Assembly (NCBI GenBank): GCA_002245135.1
Contig: NGBS01000592.1
Coordinates: forward strand, 62,001 to 126,000
DNA: 64,000 nt
Direction: 5' to 3'
DNA from: Proteromonas lacertae
Lineage: Eukaryota
The position numbers and the translations under genes were made by a program. Shown piece after piece: positions 22,181 to 37,408 of this stretch (position 1 is the stretch's first letter; each line of letters opens with the position of its first letter). The notes under the pieces were generated by a model, which worked only from the letters and a program-made list of their open reading frames with translations, had not been told where the DNA came from and searched no databases.

Positions 22181-24367
22181 TTATATAGTGACTTGATTAA
22201 AATTAGATAAATACATTGATTCTATTAAATCATTATAATTCTCTATTATCATCTTTCTCTTCAATTCACCTGTATAAGTAATTTCATCTCTTTCCAATGT
22301 AAATGGTCTTGGCAATATACAATACCTTCTTATATAAAACTCAGGGGAAGAACAAAACTCACTGTTATATTGTTGAATTGTTTCAAACACAACTCTTCCA
22401 ATTACATAACTTTTCATCGCTTCTCTTGTAGTAACAGCGATTGCTCCAATTGAACGAAAATAATACTTTATATCATCAGGAACCATATAACAATCAGGAA
22501 CAGCAGCATTTCGAAGTGATTTGATGGTTATTAATGCTACTAAATATGGTCTATTATCACCAAAGATGAAGATATTTTGAACAAATGGTAACATGGCTTT
22601 CATCCACTGTTCTGTACGTAATGCACTTACTTTTATTCCATTCTATTTATATTAAATAATATTAATATATAGATACTGGTGTCATTAAAATATCATCATT
22701 TCTTCCAGCTACACTCACAAAATTATCATTATCATATATCACTATATCACCACTTTGAAAATATCCTTTTTCATCAAATTTACTTTTAAATTCATTATTT
22801 TCATCATTTAAATATCCTAAACATATATTTCTTCCTCTGATTTTACATTCACATGATTCTTTTTCTTTATTTATTTCAACTCCATCAATTATATATCCAG
22901 CAGTATATATTTTATGTTTTACTGTTGTATTGATGGTTAATAAACCTGTTGTTTCACTTAATCCATATACTTCATACAAACATACTCCCAGACAATTGAA
23001 AAAACTTATACATTCTGTATCAATTGATCTTCCAATATTTAATGCAAAATCAATACTATTAAATCCAATAGAATTTCGTATTTTTGATATGTAATGTTTA
23101 TTCAAATTGAAATCAAAACATATTCCTGATGATGATTTGGTGGATGAGTTGAAGTCAGTTGATTCGACTGATTTCAAACCTTTGGAGAAGATTTTTTCAT
23201 GAAGTTTCCTTTCTACAGACTATTTATAAATAAATTAATTAATAAAAATTATACCGTTTTATTATTCATTATATATTTATGATAAGCAAAAATATCATTA
23301 TAAAATGAAGTTAAAGATACTAAATACGTTGGTTTTATATATTCTAAAGTTTCAATCAAAGAAGGTAAATTTTGTAATCCATCAGTAATATAAACAGATA
23401 TATTATTCAATAATGGAACAAATAACTGTAATATTTGAATTGAAATATAATATAATGGTGATATAATGACTGTTGAATGAGCTTTTTTCTTTTTTAATGA
23501 TTGGTCGATATATTCACTATATCTTCGTGCTGTCCATGTGATATTGTCATGACTTAGAATAATACCACGTGTAGGACCCTAAATAAATATAAAACATTAA
23601 TTATATACACTACAACCAGATGAATAGATTATTTCACATTGATTTTGAGGGAATATATTACTTTGGACTTTGTTTAATTCATCTTCACTTACAACAATAA
23701 TAATTAAAGAAAAATATTAATAATTATAATGATATATAAAAGATGATATTAAATTTATCTGCATTTGTTACAAAAACATCAAATGAATAAATATCATTAT
23801 ACTAATCAACAATTATAACAATATATATATACTTTCCTGCTATTACATCTCCTTCACAATCATATATTATTATTGGATTACACCATAATTGATGTTGACA
23901 ATATAAGAAATCATTCACTAAATCATTTGTATTGGAATATATTAGTTTAGCATGAGATTCATTGGTTATTCGAACTTTTTGAGCTTTTGATAAATCAGGA
24001 TTTATTACTATTGTATATACAGTATTATAGTCATACCTGTTACTGTAAATCCAGAAATTACACTTGCCATATACATATACACCCATTGAATACTATTATT
24101 GGCACATATTAGAACATTATCTCCTGTTTCTAAACCAATTCCGTAAAGACATCTCCCATATCTATAACAACTAATGCAAATTAAATACTTTCTACACTTC
24201 TTATAAAAATCCTTCACACTAATTGTAGATCTGTCTTCTAATTGTATGAATGCATTGTTAGCTTTTGATTCAACTACTGAACGAAATAACTACAAATGAA
24301 TAGCATTATAACATACTCCATCAACAGTCAAAGGAGGAAGATCTGCGTAGACATGCTTACTAATCAT
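22181..24367 (-). CDS. Long-chain fatty acyl-CoA ligase (ACSBG/bubblegum-like), multi-exon
   Basis: IIYSSG..GPTRGIILSHDNITW, YEVYGLSETTG, GRNICLGYLN, FQSGDI, GDNRPYLVALIT, ITYTGELKRK. Confidence 0.85.
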
Positions 24368-24464
24368 AGATATCAAGAAAAAATGTTTCTTTCAAGATCG
24401 TAACCACTATATTTTCAGAAACAAATAAAACACAACAAAACATAAATCAAGAGTTAAATTAATA

Positions 24465-25139
24465 TTATAAAGTTATTTTTATCATCGAATACAAGTATTC
24501 ATCAGATAAAACACCATTCATTCTATGTAGTTTTAAATTCCATTCATTACAATAAACAGCAAGTGAATCCATTGATCTTCTATTTCTAATCACAAACAAA
24601 CATTCACATTTTGCATTTCTACTTAAAAGATAATATACAGTTGATAATAATGAATCATTGTCTATATTCTTCATATATCATAGTTATATACTTTGACTTT
24701 CATAAAACAAATCAGATCCAATTATGTAATCCAAATTAACTAATTTTTCTACTGTTTCTTTTGAAAATAAACTCCAAGTTAAATCTATCTATTTTTAAGT
24801 TATTTGATTTTATACAATTTCATAATCTTCTTCATTCACATTATTTAATTCGCAATTGTGTAATATCTTCTCTTTTAATCTCTTTCACATCACTTCTATC
24901 ACTGAAATAAACAAAACTTCCACATAGACTACATATAATTCCACATAAACCTACTCCACTTCCTAACTCAAGGACCTTCTTACCGAAAAATAATGATTTG
25001 TTATTAAATATATAGTTAGAGAGTTGAAAACTTGAATCCCACAAATAACTGCTAAATTCCTCATTATTATATTCTTCTATAACAACATTACATATTTCAT
25101 GAGTCATTTTGATTTTCAAAAGGTTATTATTTCACTCAT
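24465..25139 (-). CDS. Second copy of the METTL23/21-like methyltransferase (1-bp frameshifts as assembled)
   Basis: Near-identical to 7663-8334. Confidence 0.75.
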
Positions 25140-25299
25140 AAACTTCAATTTTTCATTTTTGAAACGGATAGATTTTTATTTAATTTTTTATTTGTTTTTT
25201 TCTGTTGTTGTATAATTAAACCAAACACAACATCAATATAAATAAAAAGGAAAAGATAATCTTATTATTAAAATTATTAGTATTATTCATTAGATTAAT

Positions 25300-26434
25300 T
25301 TACAATTGAATTGTTCTTTGGTTTTCACAAGCATATCCATAATATCCTTGGAAACAACTACATAATCCAGTCTTTGAATCACATAAACCTCTTCCACCAC
25401 ATAAGGTTTCTGAAATAGTTAGAACCAATATCTTTCATTACCATTATGAATATGAGCTTTAAATCCAAAATCAGGATTAGTTGTTGGTTTTGCTGTTAAT
25501 GTAGAGGATAAGAATTTCTTTGGTTCTGATGATTCTACTGTTATTGTGAATTTCATCTTACCATCATTACCATCACATTCTATTTTTACTGATGCTTGTG
25601 TTAATGGAGCAATTGATTGAAGTGATCTTTTCATTACTTCTTGATATGAATTTGCTAAGGTTGTATCTAATTTACCAGTTTTACACATATTTGGTATTGA
25701 AGGAATTACTGGAGTTGGATAGGATATTCCATCATATACTAATTCCAAATAATAACTAACTGCTGTTGATGAATATTCAACAGCAACAGATTCATAAGTC
25801 ATTGTTGAACCAGAGTATTTTACTGGATCTAAACCCATTGGACATTGTCTTAAACTACAATCTACACCTTCATATCCAGCATCACATTTACAGGTAAAGA
25901 ATTTATCTAATTCCCAGCCATAATAAGCACTACCTTGTTCTTTGGCATAAGCTGTACTACTCATACAAACACCATTTCCACTACAACTTACTCCTTCTAC
26001 ACTACTAGGACAACTACGACGTTGACAAGCACTTCCTTCATATCCCTTTATAACATACACAATCACCGGTTGTTCTATCACAACTTCCACTGTTGGAACA
26101 TTCGGCATATCTGTGAGCTCTGCTCTTTGTCACATATCCTTTCAAATTCTCACTCAAGCCATACTTTGGTCTCCATTCAGTTTTGACAGAATCACTGTTT
26201 ACACTTCCATCGTGATTTAAATCACCTAAAGGAATATCAACTAAAGCTTCTCCATATGGACATGATCCTATTTTTATTACACAAACAAATCATACTTAAA
26301 GAACAATCAGCACCTCCCCAACCCATATAACACTCACACTTGTCTTTTGGACCACAACTACCATGTCCATTACAATATTTGTAACATCCCAATACACAGG
26401 ATAAGTAGATAGCAAAAATAACAATCGCCTTCAT
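25300..26434 (-). CDS. Second copy of the mastigoneme-family EGF protein (1-bp frameshifts near 26050 and 25430 as assembled)
   Basis: Near-identical to 6340-7506 apart from variable patches. Confidence 0.78.
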
Positions 26435-26561
26435 AGCTAATTCTTTAATCAAAATCTTCAACGTATTTGAAAATATGGTATTACGAAAACTTTTTTCAAT
26501 AACCATGAAAATATAGTCGTTTCTTAGTTTCAGTTTTTTCTTTTTTCGTGAATTTTAAGTG

Positions 26562-29500
26562 ATGGGAGCAAAACAATCATCAAATAAAAATCTACCTGAT
26601 ATTAATATATCGAGATTGTATGATGATGATTATGTTAGTTCCGTATTTGAGGAATTGAGACAATTAGGTTGTGACGAAAAAGTATTTTTTTTGAATATAA
26701 TTTTAGAAATCTCGAGCAGAACATATAAATTATTATAACAATATAAATGTGTGTGAAGGTATTCTTCACTCACTTTCTTGTTTGTGTGGAGGTACAGTAG
26801 GAATAAATGCCTTAGAAGAATTGAAATCAAATGAGCTAATGTCCATCTGTTTGCCATTAGTTAAATCCAGAGATTCCCACTTAAACTCTTTACTGTTATG
26901 CTGTCCATTGACAATCGATGAAAAAAGACTTCAGTTGATTAGAAAAATATATACAATACTATTGAATTTATCTGTACTAGACAAACCACCTAATATAAAG
27001 AATAACAATTTCAAATTATTAAAATTTCAAGAGTATATATACATCATTATTACTTATTTTATAAATGAATAGAGAAGAATCAAATCAATCCATCAAATTC
27101 ACCTTAAAAGTCGTCGAAACATTAATCTCCTCAATCACAACTCACTTCTCCTCAGATAAGGTAATGAAATTTCTAAACACTCTACCTGACTTACTCAAAG
27201 AACTACCACAATTATCATTATACTCTCCAAACATCAATACTTCCACTAACACTATACAAACAACTACTTCTACATTTATTCAAAACTTAATGACAATTAT
27301 ATCAAAGAATAACACTCCAGTAAATGATAAAGCATTTTTTATTCAGATATTATTACAGTTTGTATTGAAAAGAGGTGAGTTGAGTATATTATTGAAAGTT
27401 ATATTGATGTTGAGTAAAATAGAAAATTCAGGTATAATATTGATTTTTTTATATGTGTTTATATTTTTATTTAGATATTGAATTACCACAGCATTTGAAA
27501 TTATCAGATGCATTAAATGATTTATCATTAATCACAACTGTATATATATATATTTATTTTATATAAATTAGAATAATTTGGATGTATTTCAAAATGATGA
27601 ATATTTAAATGGAACTGTTTTAGTGTTTGGAAGATCAGAACATGGATCATTAGGTATTAATTTAACACAACAACAACAAAACCAACAGAATCAAAATAAT
27701 AAAGTATAAATATATATATTATATATAATTAATAGAATAATAATATTATCTACACACCAACAGTTATTCCAACATTAGCCAATATTTCCATCACCAAAAT
27801 TGCATCATATTCCACTCATTGTTTAGCTGTAAGTAATAAAGGTGATGTATATAGCTGGGGTAACGGTGATAAATATCGTCTTGGCCATGGTTCTACTTCG
27901 AGTGATGAAAGTATTCCCAAATTAATCACTTCTATTCATGAGAAAGGAATTGTTTATGAAGTTTGCTGTGGAACTTGTCATAATTTGTTGTTATTGAATA
28001 ATGGTAATATTTATACATGGGGAAATGGCGGTTTAGGTGAATTAGGATTGAATGATAAAGAGAATAGAATTGTACCGACATTAGTAACGACATTACAGAA
28101 TGTGAGGATTGTGAAGATCAGTTGTGGGAGTAGTCATAGTTTTGCAATTAGTGATAGTGGGATTGTGTATAGTTGGGGTAAGAATAACCAAGGACAATGT
28201 GGAATTGGACATAATAAGGATCAAGTATATATACTACTCATTATACACTATTTTTCTATTCTTTATATTTTTCTTATTAATTTGTATAGATTATTCCTTG
28301 TGCAATTGAGTCTCTTGACAATATTCGTATAGTCAAAGTCAGTGGTGGTTGGGAACATTCATTATTACTCAGTGACACAGGTGATGTATATTCATGTGGT
28401 GGAGGTTATGAAGATGGTCGTCAGAAAGGAATTCCTCCTGTATTAGGATATAATAATAATAATGAGATACAAACAACTCCAAAAATAATAGACCAACTGA
28501 GAGATGAAGAAGTCAGTGATATTGCCTGTGGATGGGATCATTGTTTAGTATGTACGAAAACAGGTGAAGTTTTCGTATGGGGAGATGGTACAAATGGTAA
28601 GCTTGGCTTGGGTAATGATGAGAATCAAACTATTCCAGTATCAGTGAATTCTTTGAAAGATATAAAAATTAGATGTGTTTATGGAAGTTTCGAACATTCT
28701 ATGGCTTTATCTAATGAAGGTATATTATACAGTTGGGGTTGTGGAAAAGGTGGAAGATTAGGTAACTTAAACGAAAGTAATAGTAATATTCCACAACCAA
28801 TCAAATGTTTAGTTTCAAAAGGTATTAAAATATTAAACTGTGCATTAGGAGATAGTTATAATCTAATTATCAAAAGTAATACAAACATAACCGTTGATGA
28901 ATATTTGAAATTATCCAATGAAAATCGAAATAATTCAATTTTACCTAAACACAAATCATCTTATTTTGCATTGAATTATGATAAATTCCCTTATCTATAT
29001 CAAGAATCACCCGTTCCAATAGCTTATACTTTAAATGATGATTTAACAATGAATCAATATATATGCTTTATCTTAGGTATTATTAGTCGAATATCTTCAT
29101 TCTATGTATCTGATCCATTTCACGATTTAATCATTTATACTCCCGAAATTCTGAATAATATGAATGTATCTCACTTAAGTTGCTATTATACCAATGAAAA
29201 CAATATTCCAAATGCTCCTTATTGTATTTCAGGTTATCCTGAGACATTTCAATACCTATTTCAAATATTGAACTATGAATTGAAAATCACAAAAGATCAA
29301 ACTGATACACAATGGTTAATTATTATATACTGTTTAAGATTACTGAAAAATAACTTACTATTATTGAAACGATCAGTTACATCCTCATATTTACAGGAAT
29401 TAAGTATCTTCATCAATGGTTCAAGTTGTCTGTTTTTACCCAATTTAAAACAACTATTACATATCAATCCAACCTCTGGAAAGAAGGAATTACAAAAATA

Positions 29501-31809
29501 TTACTCATTATATTATGAAGAAAGAGCTTCTATTATATTCAATTGTTTTGATTTATTTTATCCAACTTTAAACAGTAAATTCATATTATTTACTCAATTG
29601 CAGGAAATAGCGAGTTATCAAATGAATCTATTAGCTTCTTATATTATCAATTTATCGAATAATCAGTTGATTTCACAGTTAATAATGTCAATATTTTCAC
29701 CAATTAGTATAAGCAGTAATAATGGAGCAAATAAAGAGATTATTCAACCAACTTCAACGATTTCGGTGTTACATTTTAAGATTATATTGAGTTTTATTGT
29801 AAATCAAGCAATTAGTATATATATATATATTATTATTATTATTTATAAATAGAAGAAGATAATTCAATCTCTACACTCTCATTCCAACAATTATTATTAA
29901 CAATTCAAACATATTTATTAATTCAATTCAATTATTTCTACCATCCACTTTCTACAGATTCATCTCATTGGTCCAGTAATACATTACTGTTGGATAATAT
30001 ATCGAATTATTGTAAAGACTTGTTTAATAGAGTTTATGAAACACTCCAACATTATAGTAACAGTATAATTTATATTTATTTATTATTTATTATAATTTAA
30101 ATAGATAATATTAAAATGGTAAATTATATAACCAACGATTTCCATCACAAGATTATTTATCCATTACTCTTAGAATTATGCAGTTCAGATTCACATCCAA
30201 TATTAATCACTCAATTATATCCAACACTGTTAAAAATATTACAAATTATCAATAAAATCAATAATAATAATAATGATGAAAAGTCAATGTTATTTATATC
30301 CAATTATATTACACTATTAGCAAGGATATTAGGAAAATGGTCAACTGCTTTAATTATTTGTGATCCTTATGAAGAAATAATTCCATTTAATAACATATAT
30401 AATGGAGATTTAATCGATTTATACTTTGAAATAGATAGTTATGAAGGTCCAGTAATATTGAAAGATGTAATAAATTGGAAACAACAAGGTTTATTTACAT
30501 ATATAAAGAATGAAGAAGAAAAAGATGAGAATAAAGAATCTGCAGTAAGTTTGAAAGAATTTACATATTTAATTCAATTTATAGATTCAGTCAATAGTGA
30601 TAGCAATAATAGTATTATTGATATATTACAATCAAAACAATTATTAAAAGTAACTCCAGCTAATTTTATTAAAAAAGATTGCTATGCAATATTGAAATGT
30701 TTTTTCGCATTATTTGTACATGTTTATGGTTTATATAAAGATTTTATGGATTATATTGAAAATACAGTCGTTTCATCAAATTTGGAGAAAATATTTCCTT
30801 TACTCAGTAAATGTATGAATTATATATCTTCCACTGACATTACTGTTATTAAAAACAATTGTAAATTAATCTGTAAAATCCAACCAACTTATATAATCGA
30901 TAATATCAATATTATTCCAGAATTAAAAGATAGAAAATCAATAACATTAAGTGAATTAATTCATGGAGTTATTGATAAAGAACATAAACCAGATACTTTA
31001 TTATTTGCACTACAAAATAGGAAATTAAGAAGTGAAATAGAAATAACTGGTTTTCAATGTTTAGTGAATTTATTAAAATCATTTCCATCTTCAATGACAC
31101 AAATGGTAATTTTAGATTATTATTACAGTGCAATATATTATCGTAAATTAAAAGAAACAAGATATTGTATTATACATAAGGAAGAAAATACAACATCATT
31201 CTCTAATATTCTACATGGCTCTAGTAAGCAGTTAATTCGTTTAAATGAATACTTAATGGAAGTGTATAGCATTATATATAAAGATATATTTGAATCAATC
31301 AATATAACAGAAGCTTTGAATATTCCATTTTATTGTTTTTATTTGTACAGTTTAACGTATATTATTCCTTATTATCCAATTGAAATACAGAATAAGATAG
31401 TTAAAAGATATGAAAAGATATTATTAAATGATGTAAATTTGATATTAAGTAATAGTAACTTCAAAATGACTTATGGAATAGATCAATCGAATTATTATCG
31501 ATTACATTACTTTCGTTTATTATACATTCGAAGTGTATTGCTTTTATCACCTTTGTACTAGTGAAATTAGCGATTCTTTATCATCCAATATAATTTCAAC
31601 ATTATTTAATTGTATTACTACTTCTAGTAAAATATCAATTCCAAAATCATTAGAATTTAAACATTTAATGAAGATGATTAATCGACATAATTCAATATTT
31701 ATATTATACAATTATAAGACACTAAAATATGAACAATCTCCAATAATATACCCTTCAATTGAGTTTAACGATAATGATGGATTTTCTATTAGTTTCTGGT
31801 TATATGTTG

Positions 31810-31858
<49 letters not shown>

Positions 31859-34800
31859 CAGTGGAAATACATTCCATATTTTAAGTTATGGTATTGATAT
31901 TAACAATGTAATTTTAATATATTTAACACGAAATAATTGTCAAACCAAATTAATATTTCGTTATTTAGAAGAAGAAATAACAGCATTATTATCATCAGAT
32001 AAGTGGTTTCATGTTATTTGTACTTATATAAAAGAGACAAATACAATGCAAATATGTTTGAATGGCTTGATAGTGAATCATGGAGTATATAATAGTGATG
32101 AAGATAGAACATTTGCTTCGAATAAATCATGGCCTTTATATATAGGAAACTTAATACAAACAAATAATAATCATAATAATAATAATAATTTATCATCAAA
32201 TCCCTCTATTAATGATATAACAATATGTAGTTTGATATGGCATAAGAAACCTATCATTGTAACTGATGAATTAAAGATAGTTTCATCTCCAATTAATAAT
32301 ATATTTACTATGAAAGAAGATGTTTTATCAACTGATTATTTCAATAGAATGTTATTGCAATTGTATGTTTTTTCAAAGAATAAGAACTGTTTGAATCAAA
32401 TTATTGGTGATTATAATAATATGAAAATATTATTTCGATTTATTGCCAAATGTGAGATATTCTACTCAAATGATAATATTGAATTTATTAAGATCAATTC
32501 TACCATTTACAAACTATAGAATATTGAAGGAAGTGTTTAATATGAAAGATAAAGAAGATAATGATTGTATAATTACTATATTCAATAAATTGAAATTAAT
32601 AATGAAAAATACATTAATCAAAGATTCAGATATTCAAAACACTTATATGTCTAGTACATCATATTTAACTGCTGATTTAACAGTCTCAACGAATGAAGTG
32701 TTTTTAGAATCAATTGTATTAATTAGAACACTTTTACATAGTAAAATATATGGTAAAGAAGTGAGTATAACTTTGAATAATTATCTCTCAAAAATTGAAA
32801 CAATAAAAAGTTATAAAAACCAGAAGTTGAGTGTGGATGAGTATAAAGACAGTTTAATTGAAATATATATTTCTATTTGTTCATTTTCCTCTTATTTAAC
32901 TTTATCCTATCTAAATGATGATAAAATCCACAATGAAGAGAGGATATTATTGAATTATAAGATTCCCAGTGATTTATTACCTTCATTCAAAGTGTTAAAG
33001 TTGTTTTTACCATTATTAAATCCAATCTTATGATTCATTTACTTATATTCATAATGAAATGAATGATTTTGATCAAATTATCTATAAAATGATATTGGAA
33101 GAGATAAAAAACTCTTTTATCTATTTCATCTATTATTATGTCAACAATTATTATAATAATAGTGAAAAAGATAATAATGGAATAAATGACATTTTATATT
33201 ATTATTATAATAACTATGATGATTTATGTAATATCAATAATAAAGATTTAATCAATATTAATATAAGAGATGTTTATTATAGTTTATACAATAACTCCTG
33301 CTATTTACCATCTATACTCGAAATACAGCAATTATTATGGAATGAAATCATACATCACATGTCTAATAATCAAAAGAAAAACCAATTAAATGTAAATCTT
33401 GAAGTAATTGGGAAATTATTATTGGTAGATGGATACTTAGTAAAATGTATATCAGGTTTTCCTACTTTAAAAACTTCTAATATATTATTAAAACCAAGTT
33501 CAGGATGTTGGTTCTATGAAGTTACTTTATATTCAAATGGATTATTACAAATAGGTTGGGCTGATTCAACATATGTTGGAGATAGTAACAAAGGAAGAGG
33601 AATTGGCGATCATATACATTCTTGGGCTTATGATGGATATAGGAAATTGAAATGGAATTATTCATCGGAGGAGTATGGAGAAAAATGGAATATTAGGTGA
33701 TATTATTGGTTGTTTGGTGGATATGAATAATATGTCGATTACTTTTTACAGAAATGGGAAATGTCTTGGTGTAGCATTTACTGATATTAATATTATTGAT
33801 GGATTATATCCAGCTGTGTCTTTAAATTACGAACAATCGTGTAAATTCAATTTAGGAAATGAATCGTTTTATTTTTCCACCAAATGATATTAGTTTTAAA
33901 GCCAATTTATGATGCTCAGAAGAGTATTAATATTCAGTAGGCAATAATAATCAAATGAAATGCTTGATTATTCCAAATTTACCAACTCATCCAACTGATA
34001 ATAGTTCTAATGTCAATATAAATAGTAATTACTACCAATATATCATCCTCTACATCATTATCTAATAATAATAATAATAATAATAATATCATCAATTATT
34101 ATAACGATATTAAATATTTAGGCTTGACAGTCAAACCTACTGATAATTTATATTATATCATCAATCGTGAACATTATTGGGAGTTGTATATATATTTAGG
34201 TCAAATGATATCTCTACATTATATACGATTAACTATAATAGAAAATATGGTTTATAATGGAAATCAATTAAGCAATGAGAAATTATTGTCATTTTATAAA
34301 CCGTTAAATGGTTTAATCATGAAAGAAGATTTTATGGTTAAATTTATTTCCACTATAATCTTACAACCACCCGCTTTTATTAATTCAATTCAATCGAGTG
34401 AATTATTTAGCAGCTCTAGAATCAATAATGGATATATATATATACTAATAAGTGTAAAAAATAATAATTATAAAAACAAACTATTTGAATTATTGAAAAA
34501 CTCTATGTTTATTTATAAAACACGAAATGAAACAGTCGAAACAATCGACTGGAAATGGAATTATGAATTATCATCAAAACAGTTTATAAGTGAAGAATAC
34601 AATCCAATTAGAATTACCTTACTATCTATTATATTCATTCTACAATTGTATAACAAAATTAGTATTAAAAGGTGATAAAGAAATCAATCAATCAATCGAT
34701 TTATCTACATATTTTGATGTTGAATTATTCGAAGGTTTTTGCTTATTAATTGTTCGAAACAATACATCACAACAAGATGGTATTTATAGAATATATGCAA

Positions 34801-37368
34801 CTATGTTTGAATGTTATAATCGATTATTATCAAAGAAGAAAGAATTATCATTAACCACTTTACCAGAGAAAGAGAAAGTGTTAGAGAAAATACAAGAGGA
34901 TGTTATTTATGAGAAATATAGTATGTTATATAGACGAGAGAATGGTTCATCTATTGGAATATTTTCACAACCATTACAAGTATATATTATTATTTATTAT
35001 TATGAAAATAGACTTTGACATTTTTGTTAACTCAAATATCAAAGATTAAAGATACTCAAATCAATAACTCGTTAGTTATTCCAAAAGTATAAATATATAT
35101 ATATATATATTATTATTATTATTACATTTAGAATACTATCAAGCTCCCAATAATTGTTGATCATACAACTTCTAACTCCTATTATATTATCATATAATGT
35201 TCCAAAGAATAGAATATTATTGCCAAATATCGATAAAACAGTGTTTGAAGTATATAGAACCAATTCACTCAATAAACCATTTGAAAAAATAGAATACTGT
35301 TTAGATCGTCCTTATCTTATAATCAAAGATGGTTTAACTCCTGATTCTCAATATTATTTCCAAGTAAAAGCTAAATATAATGATATAAATTATATATCTG
35401 AAGTTATTGATATTTATACACAACCTGAATTATTGTTTACACTGGATAGAAATGCATGTAGTGATCATTTAACGTTATTGAATGATTTAACCGTCCTTAA
35501 TAAGTGTAGGAAGAAATGGAGCACTGTAAGAGCTACGAATTGTTTTAACAGTGGAATTCATTATTGGGAAGTGAATATAGATAAATGCACATTGAAAGTA
35601 TATAATCTATATATAAGATGTTGTTTTTTCTCTTTTTCTCTTTTTCTATTATTATTATATTTATCATTTTTTATTATTTTTATCTTTTGTTTAGAATATA
35701 TTTATTGGAATAATGCACAAGAATGGCACATTATACAATTACTTAGGTTCTGATGAAAATGGTTGGGGATATATAGCAAATAAAGCAATTTGGCACAACA
35801 AAGGAAGAATTCGATATTATGGAGATGTTTTCAAAGAAAATGATAGAATTGGAGTTACGTTGAATATGGATAACGGAACTTTATCATTTTCCAGAAATGG
35901 AGTTGATTTAGGTGTTGCAGTTGAAGGGTTATCTGGTGATTTATATCCCGCTTTTTCATTATATAATGAAAATGATCAAATATCGTTAAAACCTGAGAAT
36001 TTCACAAGTTCAAAAGGAATAAGTGGTGGATATTTAACAAGTTTGAAATTATCCTAAAGTATTGAAATTGTGGAAAATTACTTAACTGTTTGTTGAAAGG
36101 TGAAGAATTACCTGTAGATATGAAAGAAGTATAATTATTATAATTATATAAAATAGTATTTAATGAATCGTTACAAGTATTATAAATTAGGATGTTTGTC
36201 AACTCATGCTACAGCTCAAGGTGAATCTGTATATTCTATAAATTATATTTAATAAATATTAAAAAAATAGATTGATATATGTAATGAGAAATCACTATGT
36301 GAAGAATATCACTTCATTCCTCCTTACCCAGTCAATATTCGTCAAAGATCAGCGATGTTATTAGGAATTGGAAGAAATAGAGTTTGGTATCAATACAGTC
36401 ATTCAAAATATGTATCATCCTTGAGTAGAAGAGAAACAAGAGAAGTATAATATTTTTTATTTTCTTATTATATATATAATAGTTAACTGATGATTTTATA
36501 CTTAATCAAGACAATGATAGTGATGAAATCTATCGCATATTAGAATCAATAATAGAACCAGAAGAAAAAGTTGCATTTGATAAATATAATCCTGAGATTG
36601 ATAAACAATTAGTCAATTTGATTGATTGTTTATGTGATAATTTGAATATTAATAGTCCACTGAGTTTATTGTATTGTTATTTGAATAATTCAATTAGTAC
36701 AAATGAAAATAATTATACAAGAAGTAGAGTATATTATTATTATTATTATTATTATTACAAATATTAGAATGAATATTCATCAATAATTACAGAATTCTGT
36801 GACGACTACAACATCTCCACAGATTATTTGAAAGTCAGAATTTCCATTATATTATATATAAATATATTATTAGACCAAATATTACCTTATTATTTAACAT
36901 CTCATAATTATTCATACTCATCACTTCCACCATTGAAAGATATAAGATATTATATTCATTTCAAATGGAAGTTCGATTGGATGAAACACATTCTCAAATT
37001 ATCCAGTAATAACAGTGGTATTAATAACAGTCAACAATCTCAAAATTCACAAAATAATAAAGATCTTAAGCATGAAATAACAATAACAATCGAAAATGCT
37101 GATACTGAAGAATCTAAGAAAGATGGATTATTCTATTTTGATCAATTTAGAAAGCAGATAGTGAAATATAATATTAGAGATTTAAGAGGTTATAATAATA
37201 ATAATAATAATGAAGATCATCATGATTCTAATAATTTGTGGTTTAATATTGAGTTTAAAGGTAAAATAAATGGCTCATTTCCATCATATTATTATTCATT
37301 CTTTGAAGCATTAATTGATGAGATTCAAAGACCAGAAAACCATTTGTTTACAAATACATTGAATTGCC

Positions 37369-37408
<40 letters not shown>

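Larger units (their letters stand above)
24100..26523 (-). repeat. Right arm of inverted segmental duplication (partner 6289-8703)
   Basis: Reverse complement identity; shared outer end GAAACGACTATATTTTCA. Confidence 0.95.

Noticed and set aside
6289..26523. Inverted arms as Polinton terminal inverted repeats
   Set aside because: The arms consist of intron-containing host genes, and the right arm continues into the complete acyl-CoA ligase; no TSD or AG-type termini seen
31810..31855. (AAT)n and intronic (TA)n microsatellites
   Set aside because: Ordinary low-complexity sequence of an AT-rich genome (poly-Asn, intron filler)
31500..36100. Programmed frameshifting in the HERC-like gene
   Set aside because: Multiple scattered 1-bp shifts, also seen in other host genes and often at homopolymers; consensus error is more likely
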